Source: Nannocystis bainbridge (GTDB lineage Bacteria; Myxococcota_A; Polyangia; Nannocystales; Nannocystaceae). From it: DNA of 64,000 bases. The notes under the pieces were generated by a model. That model was given only the letters and a program-made list of their open reading frames with translations, ran no database searches and had not been told where the DNA came from. Location: positions 1,472,001 through 1,536,000 of the forward strand of contig NZ_JAQNDL010000002.1 of NCBI RefSeq assembly GCF_028368995.1, read 5' to 3'. The position numbers and the translations under genes are program-made. Below are positions 18,687 to 29,544 of the stretch, piece by piece (the first letter of the stretch is position 1; each line of letters starts with the position of its first letter).

Positions 18687-20155
18687 GCGAGCACGACGAC
18701 GATCTGGCCGAAGAGCCAGGCGAAGACATCTCCGAGGACGGCCCGGCGCCGAGCGCCGACGTCAACCGTCGCACCAGCGTGGTAGCGATCGTCGGCCGCC
18801 CGAACGTCGGCAAGTCGACCCTCTTCAACCGCCTGATCGGCTCGCGTCGGGCGATCGTCGAGGATCGCCCGGGCGTCACCCGCGACCGCCTCTACGGCGT
18901 CGTCACCCACGACGGCAAGAGCTACGTGATCGTCGACACCGGCGGCCTCGACTTCGAGGACGAGTCGCTCGGCAGCCAGATCCGCGTCCAGGCCGAGATC
19001 GCGATCGAAGAGAGCGACCTGATCCTGTTCGTCGTCGACGCCTTCGACGGCATCATGGCCGACGACCGCGACATCGCCGACATCCTGCGCCGCTCGGGCC
19101 GGCCGGTGCTGGTGGTCGTCAACAAGTGCGACAACCCCGAGCGCGAGCTCGCGGCCCAGGCCGCGCACGAGCTCGGCTTCCCGATCCTCGCCGTGTCCGC
19201 GGCGCACGGTCGCAACGCCGCCGAGCTGCACGATCACGTGCTCGGGCAGGTCCAGCAGCCCGCGCTCGAAGGCGTGCTCGCCAACACCCTCGAGGGCACC
19301 CGCGTCGCCTTCATGGGCCGCCCCAACGCCGGCAAGTCGAGCCTCATCAACGCGCTGCTCCGCGAGCCGCGGGTGATCGTCAACGCCGAGGCGGGCACCA
19401 CCCGCGACCCGATCGACCTGCCGTTCGAGTTCAACAAGCAGCCGATCGTCCTCATCGACACCGCGGGGCTGCGGCGGCGCAAGCAGATCGAGCGGGCCAT
19501 GGAGAAGCTGGCCGCGATCAAGGCGATCCGGACGATGGAGCGGACCCAGGTGGTCGCGCTCATCGTCGACGCCACCATGGGCGTCACCGACCAGGACCAG
19601 CGGCTGGCCCGCATGGCCCACGAGCGCGGCAAGGGCGTCGTCGTCTGCCTCAACAAGTGGGATCTCGTCGCGCGCGACAAAAAAGCCGCGCACGCCGTGC
19701 AGGTCCAGGCCGAAGAGGAACTGCAGTTCCTCGAGAAGCCCTACATCATCAAGACCTCGATCACCGGCGCCGGGCGCGACCGGGGGCAGGGCCACGCCCG
19801 CGGCCTCGGCGAGCTGATGGAGGCGTGCCTGCTCACCGCGCGCGCGCTCGGCAAGCACATCTCGACCGCGGATCTCAACGCCGAGCTCGCAGCCGCGGTC
19901 GCCGAGCACTCGCCGCCGATGTTCGGGCCCAAGCCGGTAAAACTGTTGTTCGCTACCCAGGCCGAGAGCGATCCCCCGCTGATCGTCATCTCTGCCAACC
20001 ACGGACGCTGTCTTCCGGCGTCCTACGAGCGCTACTTGCTGCGTCGCTTTCGGACTCGCTGGAACCTGCGCGGCATCCCCGTGCGGCTCGTCGTGCGCGC
20101 CCGTGGCCGCACCAACAGCGAGCGGGGCCGGGGCGCGAACAAGTCGGCCGAGTGA
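18683..20155 (+). CDS. der: Ribosome biogenesis GTPase Der (EngA)
   Basis: Two G domains (GRPNVGKS/GVTRD and GRPNAGKS/GTTRD), C-terminal SYERYL; ATGA overlap with era. Confidence 0.96.
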   Translation: MSEHDDDLAEEPGEDISEDGPAPSADVNRRTSVVAIVGRPNVGKSTLFNRLIGSRRAIVEDRPGVTRDRLYGVVTHDGKSYVIVDTGGLDFEDESLGSQIRVQAEIAIEESDLILFVVDAFDGIMADDRDIADILRRSGRPVLVVVNKCDNPERELAAQAAHELGFPILAVSAAHGRNAAELHDHVLGQVQQPALEGVLANTLEGTRVAFMGRPNAGKSSLINALLREPRVIVNAEAGTTRDPIDLPFEFNKQPIVLIDTAGLRRRKQIERAMEKLAAIKAIRTMERTQVVALIVDATMGVTDQDQRLARMAHERGKGVVVCLNKWDLVARDKKAAHAVQVQAEEELQFLEKPYIIKTSITGAGRDRGQGHARGLGELMEACLLTARALGKHISTADLNAELAAAVAEHSPPMFGPKPVKLLFATQAESDPPLIVISANHGRCLPASYERYLLRRFRTRWNLRGIPVRLVVRARGRTNSERGRGANKSAE

Positions 20156-20157
20156 TT

Positions 20158-20185
20158 GGCGGCGCCTCGCCGCGGAGGCGCCGTC
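20158..20185 (+). terminator. Hairpin after der
   Basis: GGCGGCGCCTC...GAGGCGCCGTC inverted repeat right after the stop; no U-tract. Confidence 0.45.
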
Positions 20186-20363
20186 TCAAATGGATGACGG
20201 TCGAACCCGGATGTGAGGGAGCGCCGGGCGCTCGCGCGCCACTGCGCAGCCGAGCGCGGCCCCAGCGCTCCTGACATCTGGAGTGTTCGCGGACTTTACA
20301 AGCCGGGGCCACCTTTGCGATGGTAGGGCACACCGCCCACTCCGGCCTCCCTGGAGAACCTTC

Positions 20364-22034
20364 ATGTCGCGCGTTACTTCCCTGAGTCGCTTCTCGCTCA
20401 CCGCCGGCGCTGCCCTGGCGCTCACCGCCTGCCTCGAGCACCCGATCAAGAAGGTGCTCTACGACAAGAGCTCCGAGGCGCAAGAGAACGTCGCCATCGC
20501 GATCAACAAGGACGTCGACATCCTCTTCGTCATCGACAACTCCGGGTCGATGGCCGATGAGCAGGCCCTCCTCGCCAAGAACTTCGCCGCGTTCATCAAC
20601 GTGCTCGAGGCCGAGGACGTGAACGCGAACTACCGCATCGGCATCACGACCACCGACAGCGGCAACCCGCGCTGTCCGGCGGCCCAGACCACCCCCGAGG
20701 GCGGCAAGCTGGTGTTGTCGAGCTGCCTCGGCCGCGTGGATCTCGGCGACTTCTCGTTCGACATGGACGACTACGCCTACGCCTGCACGGACGTCTGCAA
20801 CCTCACCGACGATCAACTGCAGATCAAGCCCACCGAGACGGCGTACTCGAACGGTGAGAAGGCCCCGCGCAACTGGATCGAGCGCATCGAGACGGTCACC
20901 AACCTCCCCGACGACGTTACGACCGTGCAAGCGTTCCAGTGCTTCGGTCCGCAGGGCGTGTCGGGCTGCGGCTTCGAGCAGCACCTCGAGTCGATGTACA
21001 GGGCGCTGGCGCTGGCCGGCCAGGAGTCGTCGGGGAGCAACTACGGCTTCATCCGCGACACCGCGATCCTCTCGATCGTGTTCATCACGGACGAGGTCGA
21101 CTGCTCGCACAACGACAAGTTCAAAGAGATCTTCACGACCAACAAGCAGTTCTGGGAGGACCCGGATCGCCCCGACGCCACCAGCGCCGTGTGCTTCAAC
21201 GCCGGCGTGAAGTGCGACGGCGCAGGCCCGACCTTCGCCCGCTGTGAGTCGGCCAACTACGGCATCGACGGTTCGGTCGACGTCGCCGACGCCGACGCCG
21301 TGCTGCAGCCGCTGTCGAAGTACATCAACTTCGTCCAGAACCTCGAGACCCAGAAGCAGACCTTCGACCTCAACCAGGAGGTCCTGGTCGCGCTGATCGC
21401 CGGCGTGCCGCCCGGCTACGAGGACGGCGACAAGGACATCGTCTACGAGGACGATCCCGACCCGGACCAGCAGGATCTTTTCGGCATCGGCAAGGGCTGC
21501 ACCCTGCCGAACATGATGGATCCGGACGCCCCGCAGACGGCTCTCCCGCCGGTGCGCGAGCGCGAGTTCGCCGAGGCGTTCCAGGTCGGCGACGATCGCA
21601 ACCTGTTCTCGATCTGCCAGGACGACTACTCCGGCGCGCTCAAGGCGATCGCGAACAAGATCCGCGACCAGATCAAGCCGGCGTGCATGACCAAGTGCGT
21701 CAAGGACGTCGATCCCTCGGATGCGATCCTGCAGCCGAACTGCCAGATCTTCGAGGACAACCTCGCGGCCATGACTCGCAACGAGATCCAGCCGTGCGAG
21801 GAAGTCGCGGGCGAGTGGATCGCCCCGGCCGGTGAGACCGCGTGCTTCGCCGAGCTCATCGACCCGGGCACCGAGACCCCGAGCGAGATCGACAACATGT
21901 CGGAGGAGTGCGTGCTCGAGGGCTACAACCTCGAGTTCCTGCTCATCCGCACCGGCGCCGCTGCGGCCGGCACGACCATCTCGGCCGCGTGCGAGCTGTC
22001 GCCGAACCCGGGCAACGACTGCCCGATGCTCTGA
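20364..22034 (+). CDS. Cys-rich VWA-domain lipoprotein (copy 1)
   Basis: Lipobox LTAC, DILFVIDNSGSM (MIDAS DxSxS), YRIGITTTD, FITDE. Confidence 0.88.
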   Translation: MSRVTSLSRFSLTAGAALALTACLEHPIKKVLYDKSSEAQENVAIAINKDVDILFVIDNSGSMADEQALLAKNFAAFINVLEAEDVNANYRIGITTTDSGNPRCPAAQTTPEGGKLVLSSCLGRVDLGDFSFDMDDYAYACTDVCNLTDDQLQIKPTETAYSNGEKAPRNWIERIETVTNLPDDVTTVQAFQCFGPQGVSGCGFEQHLESMYRALALAGQESSGSNYGFIRDTAILSIVFITDEVDCSHNDKFKEIFTTNKQFWEDPDRPDATSAVCFNAGVKCDGAGPTFARCESANYGIDGSVDVADADAVLQPLSKYINFVQNLETQKQTFDLNQEVLVALIAGVPPGYEDGDKDIVYEDDPDPDQQDLFGIGKGCTLPNMMDPDAPQTALPPVREREFAEAFQVGDDRNLFSICQDDYSGALKAIANKIRDQIKPACMTKCVKDVDPSDAILQPNCQIFEDNLAAMTRNEIQPCEEVAGEWIAPAGETACFAELIDPGTETPSEIDNMSEECVLEGYNLEFLLIRTGAAAAGTTISAACELSPNPGNDCPML

Positions 22035-22052
22035 GCCTGGTTCGCTCGACGT

Positions 22053-22087
22053 GAAGGCGCTCCCGCCGCGAGGCGAGGGGCGCCTTT
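22053..22087 (+). terminator. Intrinsic terminator-like hairpin
   Basis: GAAGGCGCTCC...GGGGCGCCTTT after the stop, followed by T-rich bases. Confidence 0.55.
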
Positions 22088-22244
22088 CGCTTTGGGTCCG
22101 CGCCGCGCGGTCGGCGTGCCAACTCGGTTGGCGAACCACTCGCAACGGCGCAACCCCGTTGCGGCGGTCTCCCGTCTCAACGACGCGAGATGTCAGCGTT
22201 TTCCTGCTGGCCTGCGAGGCGCATGGACCCCGGCGGAGGTCCCG

Positions 22245-23915
22245 ATGTCGCTGCGCTCCACCCTTATCGTCTCGCTTCCCCTCGTCACTGGTCTCCTCGC
22301 CGGCTGTCTCGACCACCCGGTCAAGAAGGTCACCTACGACAAGACCCAGGTCGACGACATCACCGTCGACGTCCAGCTCAACAAGGACGTCGACATCCTG
22401 TTCGTCATCGACAACTCGGGCTCGATGGCGGACGAGCAAGCGACGCTGTCGAAGAACTTCGAGGCCTTCATCGGCGTGCTCGAGCGCAAGGACGTCGACG
22501 CCAACTATCGCATCGGCATCACCACCACCGACGCCGGCAACCCGCTGTGCAAGCAGGCCCAGACCACCCCGGAGGGCGGCAAGCTGGTGCTCTCGAGCTG
22601 CCTCGATCGCATGGCGCTCGGCGACTTCACCTTCAACATGGACGACTACGGCTATGCCTGCAGCGACTACTGCAAGCTCGACGACGCGGCGCTGACCGAC
22701 CGCATGAAGCCGACCGAGACCCAGTACTCCGACGGCGAGGTGGCGCCGCGGCGGTGGATCGAGCGCATCGAGGGGAAGACCAACCTGCCCGACGACGTGA
22801 GCTCGGTGGAGGCGTTCCAGTGCTTCGGCCCGCAGGGCGTGTCCGGTTGCGGTATGGAGTCGCACCTCGAGTCGATGTACCTCGCGCTGGCCCAGGCGAG
22901 CCGCGCCGACTCGCCGACCAACTACGGCTTCCTGCGCGACCAGGCGATCCTCTCGGTGGTGTTCATCACCGACGAGCTCGACTGCTCGTACAACCCCGAG
23001 TTCGGCGAGATCTTCACCACCGACAAGACCTTCTGGTCCAACCCGGACGACCCGCAGGCGACCAGCGCGGTGTGCTTCAACGCCGGCGTGAAGTGTGACG
23101 GCGACGGCCCGACGTACACCAACTGCCGCTCCGCCAACTTCGGCGTCGACGGCACCGAGGGCGTGTCCGACGACCAGGCCGTGCTGCGGCCGCTCTCGAA
23201 GTACGTCAACTTCCTGCAGACGATCGAGGACGCGAAGAAGGTCACCCAGCCTGATCAGGAGGTGCTCGTCGCGCTGATCGCCGGCGTGCCTCCGGGCTAC
23301 GAGACGAAGGACGCCGACGTCATCTACGAAGACTCGAGCGACCCCGAGTTCCAGGACAGCTTCGGCATCGGCGCCGGCTGCACGTTGGCCAATGCGATGG
23401 ACCCGGACAAACCGCAGACCGCGGTCCCGCCGGTGCGCGAGCGCGAGTTCGCCGAGGCGTTCCAGGTCGGCGAGGACCGCAACCTGTTCTCGATCTGTCA
23501 GGACGACTACTCCGAGGCGCTGCGCGCGATCGCCAAGACGCTCGAGGCGCAGCTCAAGCCGGCGTGCATGACCGAGTGCGTCAAGGACATCGATCCGACC
23601 ACGCCGGTGGTCGACCCCTCGTGCGTGCTGACCGCGATCAACGCCCGCGAGGGCACCCGCGAGGACATCCCGTCCTGCGAGGAGGTGGGCGGCGAGTGGG
23701 TCGCGCCCGCGGGCTCCACCGCCTGCTTCGCCGAGCTGATCGACGCGGACGACGAGACCCCGAGCGCGATCGACAACATGGACGCGGCCTGCGTCGCCGA
23801 GGGCTTCAACCTCGAGTTCAAGCTCATCCGCACCGCACCGGCCCCGGCCGGCACCACCTTCGAGGCCACCTGCGAGCTGTCGCCGAACCCGAGCCAGGAC
23901 TGCCCGATGCTGTGA
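22245..23915 (+). CDS. Cys-rich VWA-domain lipoprotein (copy 2, tandem paralogue)
   Basis: Lipobox LAGC; same motifs as copy 1, collinear to the shared end DCPML. Confidence 0.88.
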   Translation: MSLRSTLIVSLPLVTGLLAGCLDHPVKKVTYDKTQVDDITVDVQLNKDVDILFVIDNSGSMADEQATLSKNFEAFIGVLERKDVDANYRIGITTTDAGNPLCKQAQTTPEGGKLVLSSCLDRMALGDFTFNMDDYGYACSDYCKLDDAALTDRMKPTETQYSDGEVAPRRWIERIEGKTNLPDDVSSVEAFQCFGPQGVSGCGMESHLESMYLALAQASRADSPTNYGFLRDQAILSVVFITDELDCSYNPEFGEIFTTDKTFWSNPDDPQATSAVCFNAGVKCDGDGPTYTNCRSANFGVDGTEGVSDDQAVLRPLSKYVNFLQTIEDAKKVTQPDQEVLVALIAGVPPGYETKDADVIYEDSSDPEFQDSFGIGAGCTLANAMDPDKPQTAVPPVREREFAEAFQVGEDRNLFSICQDDYSEALRAIAKTLEAQLKPACMTECVKDIDPTTPVVDPSCVLTAINAREGTREDIPSCEEVGGEWVAPAGSTACFAELIDADDETPSAIDNMDAACVAEGFNLEFKLIRTAPAPAGTTFEATCELSPNPSQDCPML

Positions 23916-23936
23916 GCCGGCCTCGCCGCTTCGACG

Positions 23937-23966
23937 GAGGCGCTCTCGCGCGTGCGAGGGCGCCTC
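23937..23966 (+). terminator. Hairpin after VWA copy 2
   Basis: GAGGCGCTCTCGC...GCGAGGGCGCCTC. Confidence 0.5.
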
Positions 23967-24233
23967 ACGCCTTTCTGGCCTGAGCGCATGACCTGAAAGG
24001 CGAGCCACGGATGGTGTGGCCACCCACGCCGGCCGGCCACAGGCGCCCTCGACCCAATCGAAGTTTAAAGCGCTCTCGGGGCCTCCAGGATCCCGGCGGC
24101 CGATAGCGATTGCTGACAGCTCCCCGCGAGCCCGCCATTGGCTCGCCTTGGGACGCCGTCGTCGCAGATCCCGGCTCGCCCGGCGCCTGGTCTCGTGAAT
24201 GCGCGAGCCGGCAAGGGTCTGCAGTTATCATTC

Positions 24234-24262
24234 TTGTATGATGAGAATCAGTCTACGATAAT
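24234..24262 (+). promoter_or_regulatory. Sigma70-like promoter overlapped by a Fur-box-like sequence
   Basis: TTGTAT-N17-GATAAT; 24237-24255 matches 13/19 of the GATAATGATAATCATTATC consensus. Confidence 0.4.
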
Positions 24263-24769
24263 AGAACGCAAGCAGACGTAAGTGCGATTTGCCGGCGCTC
24301 GACGGGCTACTCCGGCGACAGGCGTCGGTGCATTCGCGGGCAGGGCATTCCCTCGGCGCGGGAGCAGCTTCTCGGCCCAGAGATGCGCCATTTGCTGCCG
24401 GGCGGGTGAGCGCTCTGGGATTTAATCATCATCCGTGCCCGATGAAATGGTGTGGCTCGGACACCCCGTATAGCGGGGTTCGATTCGGCGCGACAGCGAA
24501 CTCATACTATTCGAGTTTGGTTATTTGCGCGGTTACGCATCGGGGCGCTCTGCGGATAAAAAATGCCCCGTTAACGGATTCGTCGATCGCACGAGAATCG
24601 ATAGGGATTACTTTTCCCCTGACCACGATGGAGGACTTCTCCATTATTTGATGGTAGGAGCCGCTCGCGGGCACCGGATCGAGCGGCCATGGGTGCGCTT
24701 TGGCGCACGCGGCTCGCGCTTACGGGCGCGAGCCGCGAGAGGGTTGTCCCGAGCTTCGCTCCGATTGCG

Positions 24770-26308
24770 TCAGTACGCCTTGGCCATCAGCACCCGCTGC
24801 GCGCTCGGGTTGCCGGAGAACACGCAGCGGCCGGCCTCGGGCGCCGGGCCCTGGCCGGGCAGGGGGATGCAGCGGATCGTGACGCGCGTCTGCTCCTTGA
24901 TCTTGGCCTCGGTCTCGCGGGTGCCGTCCCAGTGGCACCAGGCGAACGTGCTCTTGTCGCCAGCGAACGCGGCCAGGAACTCGTCCCAGGTGTCGATGGT
25001 GCGCGCGCGCTCGCGCACGCGGTCCTGGGCGATGCGCAGCAGCTCGTCCTGGAAGCGATCGAGCCGCTCTTTGATGGTGGCGACGAACTCGTTCTGCGGG
25101 ATGAACTCCTTGCCGCGCCCGGCCGCGGTGTCGACCCGCATCTTGACGCAGACCTGACCCTTGGCGAGGTCCTTGGGCCCGAGCTCGACGCGCACCGGCA
25201 CGCCCTTGCGCTCCCAGATGTAGAACTTGTTGCCGGGCCGCAGGTCGCGGTCGTCGACCACGACCTCGACGAAATCGCGGTGGCGGCTGCGCGGCAGGGA
25301 GAGGTCGACGTCGGCCAGTTGGGCGCGGATCGACTCGGCCGCCGCCAGCACCTGCGAGCGCTCCTCGTCGGTCTTGTAGATCGGGACGATGACGACGTGG
25401 ATCGGGGCCACGCGCGGCGGGAGCACCAGGCCGCTGTCGTCGGCGTGGGTCATGATGACGCCGCCGACCAGGCGCGTGCTGACGCCCCACGACGTCTGCC
25501 ACACGTAGTCGCGGCCGCCGGCCTCGGTCTGGAACATGACGTTGAACGCCTTGCCGAAGTTCTGCCCGAGGTCGTGGCTGGTGCCGGCCTGCAGCGCCTT
25601 GCCGTCCTGCATCATCGCCTCGATGCAGGTGGTCTGGACCGCGCCGGCGAACCGCTCAGCGTCGGTCTTGATGCCGCGAATCACCGGCATCGCCATGATC
25701 TGCTCGGCGAAGTCGCCGTAGACGTCGAGCATGCGCTTGACCTCGGCCTGGGCCTCCTCATGGCTCGAGTGGGCCGTGTGGCCCTCCTGCCACAGGAACT
25801 CGGTGGTGCGCAGGAACATCCGGGTGCGCTTCTCCCAGCGCATCACGTTGGCCCACTGGTTCACCAGCAGCGGCAGGTCGCGGTAGCTCTCGATCCAGCG
25901 CGAGAAGAAGTAGCCGATGATCGTCTCGCTGGTCGGGCGGATGACGTATGGCTCCTCGAGCTTCTCGCCGCCGGCGTGAGTGACGACCGCGAGCTCGGGC
26001 GAGAAGCCCTCGACGTGCTCGGCCTCCTTGGTGATGAAGCTCTGCGGCACGAGCAGCGGGAAGTAGGCGTTCTGGTGGCCGGTGGCCTTGAAGCGGGCGT
26101 CGAGGTCGCGCTGCAGCTTCTCCCAGATGGCGTAGCCGTGCGGCTTGATGACCATGCAGCCCTTGACGACCTTGGCCGGCTCGGCCAGCTCGGCCTCGCG
26201 GATGACGTCCTGGTACCACTGCGGGTAGTCGGTCTCGCGCGGGGTGATCTTCCCGCCTGCCTTGCCTACCTGATCCTCTTGCTGCTCCGCTCGGGCGCCC
26301 TGTTTCAT
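24770..26308 (-). CDS. proS: Proline--tRNA ligase (archaeal/eukaryote-type, family I)
   Basis: [43 protein letters not shown]-terminal AKAY. Confidence 0.97.
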   Translation of the reverse strand: MKQGARAEQQEDQVGKAGGKITPRETDYPQWYQDVIREAELAEPAKVVKGCMVIKPHGYAIWEKLQRDLDARFKATGHQNAYFPLLVPQSFITKEAEHVEGFSPELAVVTHAGGEKLEEPYVIRPTSETIIGYFFSRWIESYRDLPLLVNQWANVMRWEKRTRMFLRTTEFLWQEGHTAHSSHEEAQAEVKRMLDVYGDFAEQIMAMPVIRGIKTDAERFAGAVQTTCIEAMMQDGKALQAGTSHDLGQNFGKAFNVMFQTEAGGRDYVWQTSWGVSTRLVGGVIMTHADDSGLVLPPRVAPIHVVIVPIYKTDEERSQVLAAAESIRAQLADVDLSLPRSRHRDFVEVVVDDRDLRPGNKFYIWERKGVPVRVELGPKDLAKGQVCVKMRVDTAAGRGKEFIPQNEFVATIKERLDRFQDELLRIAQDRVRERARTIDTWDEFLAAFAGDKSTFAWCHWDGTRETEAKIKEQTRVTIRCIPLPGQGPAPEAGRCVFSGNPSAQRVLMAKAY

Positions 26309-26403
26309 GCGCGGAGGATGCCGAGGGGGCGACGAGGTGGCAAGTCCGCGCCCTCACGCCCTGGCGCACGGGCGCGGCGCCGGGGTAGGGGCCCGGCCGC
26401 GGC

Positions 26404-27156
26404 TCAGGTGCCGGTCAGCGGCGTGATCTGGTGGCGCAGCGCCACGATCTCGGCCCGCACCTGCTCCTTGAGCGCCTGCAGGTCGTCGAGCGTCAGGCCG
26501 CGGGTCGAGATCGGGGTCCCGACGGCCACAAAGGCGCGCGCCTGGCCGAAGCGCCAGTCGTGCTTGCGCAGCGCCGCGGCGGTGCCGGCGACCGCCACCG
26601 GCAGGATGTCGGCGCCGGTCTCGATCGCCAGGTGGAAGGCGCCGTCCTTGAACGGCCCCATCTCGTCGCCGAGCGCGCGCGTGCCCTCGGGGAAGATCAT
26701 CACCGGCGTGTCGCGCATCAAGTACCGCCGGCACCGCGCCATCGCCCCCTTGGCCGAGCCGCGGTCGCCTCGCACGACCGGGATGTCGCCGGCGAGGAAC
26801 ATCGCCCAGCCGAGGATCGGCACCTTGAACAGCGACGCCTTGCCGAGCCACTTCATCTCCCACGGCAGATGCGAGATGAGGAACGGGTCGGTCTGCGAGC
26901 AGTGATTGCTGACGACGACGGTGCGCCGCGGCCGGTACGGCGGCAGCGGCCGGAGCACGCGGAAGTCCCACAGCGGATTGAACTTGGTGACGCCGATCGC
27001 CGCCAGGCGGAACAGCCGCCCGGTGACCCTTCGACCATGGTCGAAAGGCCAGGTCAGCGGCACGAGCACGCATTGCAGGCAGAACGCGAGGCCGCCGAGC
27101 CCGAAGATGAGCAAGTATGTCCAAACGGACAGGATGATCGTGCGCGAAGCGGACAT
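26404..27156 (-). CDS. Lysophospholipid acyltransferase (PlsC-like)
   Basis: NHCSQTD (HxxxxD), FPEGTR, FKDGAF. Confidence 0.92.
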   Translation of the reverse strand: MSASRTIILSVWTYLLIFGLGGLAFCLQCVLVPLTWPFDHGRRVTGRLFRLAAIGVTKFNPLWDFRVLRPLPPYRPRRTVVVSNHCSQTDPFLISHLPWEMKWLGKASLFKVPILGWAMFLAGDIPVVRGDRGSAKGAMARCRRYLMRDTPVMIFPEGTRALGDEMGPFKDGAFHLAIETGADILPVAVAGTAAALRKHDWRFGQARAFVAVGTPISTRGLTLDDLQALKEQVRAEIVALRHQITPLTGT

Positions 27157-27610
27157 GCGCGGCATGCAGGCGTGCCCCTGAAGATGGGCCACAGCCGTCA
27201 TGCCACGGCGCTTGCGACGTGCCAAGCGCCGCGGGCCGCGCAGGCCGATCGTGCGCGGCGCGGCAGCGTGAACGGCGGGCGAGCACGCGCGGGGGAGAAA
27301 CCACCTGGCACCATCCGTGGCACCGTCAACCCAAGCCGATTTCAACGCGGGGTCGGGCGCGCGCGGCCGGACCGTTGGCCCATCTTCCCGCGGCCCAGCG
27401 CACGCACTCCCGACTCCCATCCATGTCAGTGGCCCTGGCGCCCTGGTTCCGTTGGCGGTCGACGCATGAGCTGTCGCACGACGAGCACCCGCCCGCAGGG
27501 ACGACGGATCGACGCAGGGAGGACACGCGAGGCGCGAAGCCGTCACGGCCGCACGAGACCTCGCGGACCGCGACCGCCACGACGCTCTTCCGTCGGCTCG
27601 ACGCTGTCAT

Positions 27611-27800
27611 GCCGCGGCGCGGAGCCGTCCCGAAGCCCTCGGCCGCAGCGCGACGCGTCGACCTCTTGCCGCGGCGCGGAGCCGCCATTACGGACCTCGA
27701 GGTCCTCGGCCGCCAGCGCGACGCGTCGACCCGACCTCATGCCACGGCGCGGAGCCGCCACTACGGACCTCGAGGTCCTCGGCCGACAGCGCGACGCTCG
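27611..27800. repeat. Degenerate GC-rich tandem repeat, 3 units of ~57-73 bp with internal palindromes
   Basis: GCC(G/A)CGGCGCGGAGCCG at 27611, 27668 and 27741; GGACCTCGAGGTCC palindrome in two units. Confidence 0.8.
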
Positions 27801-27803
27801 GCC

Positions 27804-28202
27804 TCAATGACGCAGCGCGGCGGCGTCGAGCAGCGACCCGCAGCGGCGGGCCGCGTCGTCGAGCGTGAACAGGCCGACGAGGTGACCGCGGTCGCTGATG
27901 ACCACGGCCTCGGAGCGGTGCGTCAGCATCAATCGCAGCACCGCGTCGACGCTGCGCCACGGGGGTGCGACGGTGGGGTCGCCGCACATCACGTCGCGCA
28001 CGAGCCGACGCGCGAGCAGGTCGCCGCGGAGCCTGGCGAGGTCGCGCTCGTACACGAGGCCGAGCAGCTCGCCGTAGTCGAGCACGGGCAGCAGCGCGAC
28101 GCCCTCGTCGCGCATGCGCTGGAGCGCCGAAGCGGCCACCTCGTCGGGCAGGACCGAAGAGGGCAGGGCGCGCATGAGCTCGCAGACCGGGCGAGAAGCC
28201 AT
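27804..28202 (-). CDS. CBS domain pair protein
   Basis: VCELM...LPVLD.GELLGLV.ERDL; VRDVM...GHLVGLFTLDD. Confidence 0.85.
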   Translation of the reverse strand: MASRPVCELMRALPSSVLPDEVAASALQRMRDEGVALLPVLDYGELLGLVYERDLARLRGDLLARRLVRDVMCGDPTVAPPWRSVDAVLRLMLTHRSEAVVISDRGHLVGLFTLDDAARRCGSLLDAAALRH

Positions 28203-28296
28203 CGCCGATCACTTTAGCCGAGACCGCGGACGGATCCACCGCGCCCGGCCCACATCGGCCCCGCGATGTGATGCCGCCCGGCTGCCTGACGCTACG

Positions 28297-29253
28297 TCAC
28301 CGGTCGGGGCGCGCACGCCCGTCGAGACCTGTTTGGGCGTACAGCAATTCGAGCGAGAACAGCACGGCGGCCACCCACAACGCCGTACCGAGGCCGAGGT
28401 GCAGGACCTGCATCCAGCCGGGGGCGGACAACATCACATTGAGGACGCCCGCCGCCAGCTGAGCGAACACCAGGATCATCACCCACGCGCTCGCGCGACG
28501 GACGGCCGGCGCCGCGGTGTTGCCGAGGTGATGGGCGATCACCGCGGTGAAGAAACCGAGGCCGCAGGCGAGCACCGGGTGCATCAGTCGCAGGCGCTGG
28601 AGGAAGTGCGCGCCGGCCCCGAGGTCGCGCTGCAATCGTTCGGCCAACGCGCCGGCCTCGACGGGGTAGAGCGTGTCGCCGAGGGCCGTGACGGCCCCGC
28701 TGAGGCCGACGAGCACCAGCCCCCCGAGGCTGGCACCGAGCAGCCAGCGGACACGACGGGACGCGCCGCTCCGCGTGACCGCGCCGGGATCGCGGCCCGC
28801 GGCCCACGCCGTCAGCGCGATCGCGCCGGTGAGCAGCGAGGTGTTGAGGAGGTGCGCGGCCATGACGACGGCGCGCGCGACCGAGTCGTTGTGGCCGACC
28901 AGACCGAAGCGCACCAGCCCGGCGCCGATCAGCGCCTCGGTGATCGTGAAAACCAGCGCCAGCCAGGCCCCGACCCGCGCCGTGTGCCCGCGCGGGAAGC
29001 CCCGCAGCGCCGCGATCAGCAGGGCGAGCACGATGATGCCGCACAGCCCCGAGGTGACGCGGTGCGAGAACTCGATGATCGTCTCGATCGTGGGGCTGAT
29101 CGGCACGATCTCGCCGTGACAGGTCGGCCAGTGCTGCCCGCAGCCCGCGCCGGAGCCGGTGATCCGCACCACCGCGCCGAACAGGATCACGAGGACGGTG
29201 TACGCGAGAGTGCCCCAGGCGAGGCTGCGAAAGCGTGCGCGAGCGGCGGCCAC
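28297..29253 (-). CDS. COX15/CtaA-family (heme A synthase-like) protein
   Basis: VRITGSGAGCGQHWPTCHG, IEFSHR, conserved His residues in TM helices. Confidence 0.9.
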   Translation of the reverse strand: MAAARARFRSLAWGTLAYTVLVILFGAVVRITGSGAGCGQHWPTCHGEIVPISPTIETIIEFSHRVTSGLCGIIVLALLIAALRGFPRGHTARVGAWLALVFTITEALIGAGLVRFGLVGHNDSVARAVVMAAHLLNTSLLTGAIALTAWAAGRDPGAVTRSGASRRVRWLLGASLGGLVLVGLSGAVTALGDTLYPVEAGALAERLQRDLGAGAHFLQRLRLMHPVLACGLGFFTAVIAHHLGNTAAPAVRRASAWVMILVFAQLAAGVLNVMLSAPGWMQVLHLGLGTALWVAAVLFSLELLYAQTGLDGRARPDR

Positions 29254-29544
29254 GGGCCCTCCATACTCGCTTTTTCCGGCGCCGAAAAGCCCTGCGACGG
29301 GCTGCCACGGCCCGCAGCACGTGCGCTGGGCGACGCGACGTCAGCTCGGCCGGCCGCGCCGGCGCCGCCTCGACCGCACACCGGAGCGTCGCCACGTGCG
29401 CACGCAGACGGGCGCGGCTGCCTCGCACGACGCGAGCTCGCCGCAGCCGCGACGCGAGTTCGCCGCGGCCCCGACGCGCGATGACTCCAGCACGCCCCAG
29501 CCGCCGCCTGCTCGATGGCGCGTGCCTCGAGACGGTAGCTCGGG

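Noticed and set aside
23920-24770. oriC, tmRNA or RNase P in the AT-rich gap
   Set aside because: No DnaA-box cluster; GGTTCGATTC is not in a T-stem or followed by CCA; no RNase P signature; dif is nearby
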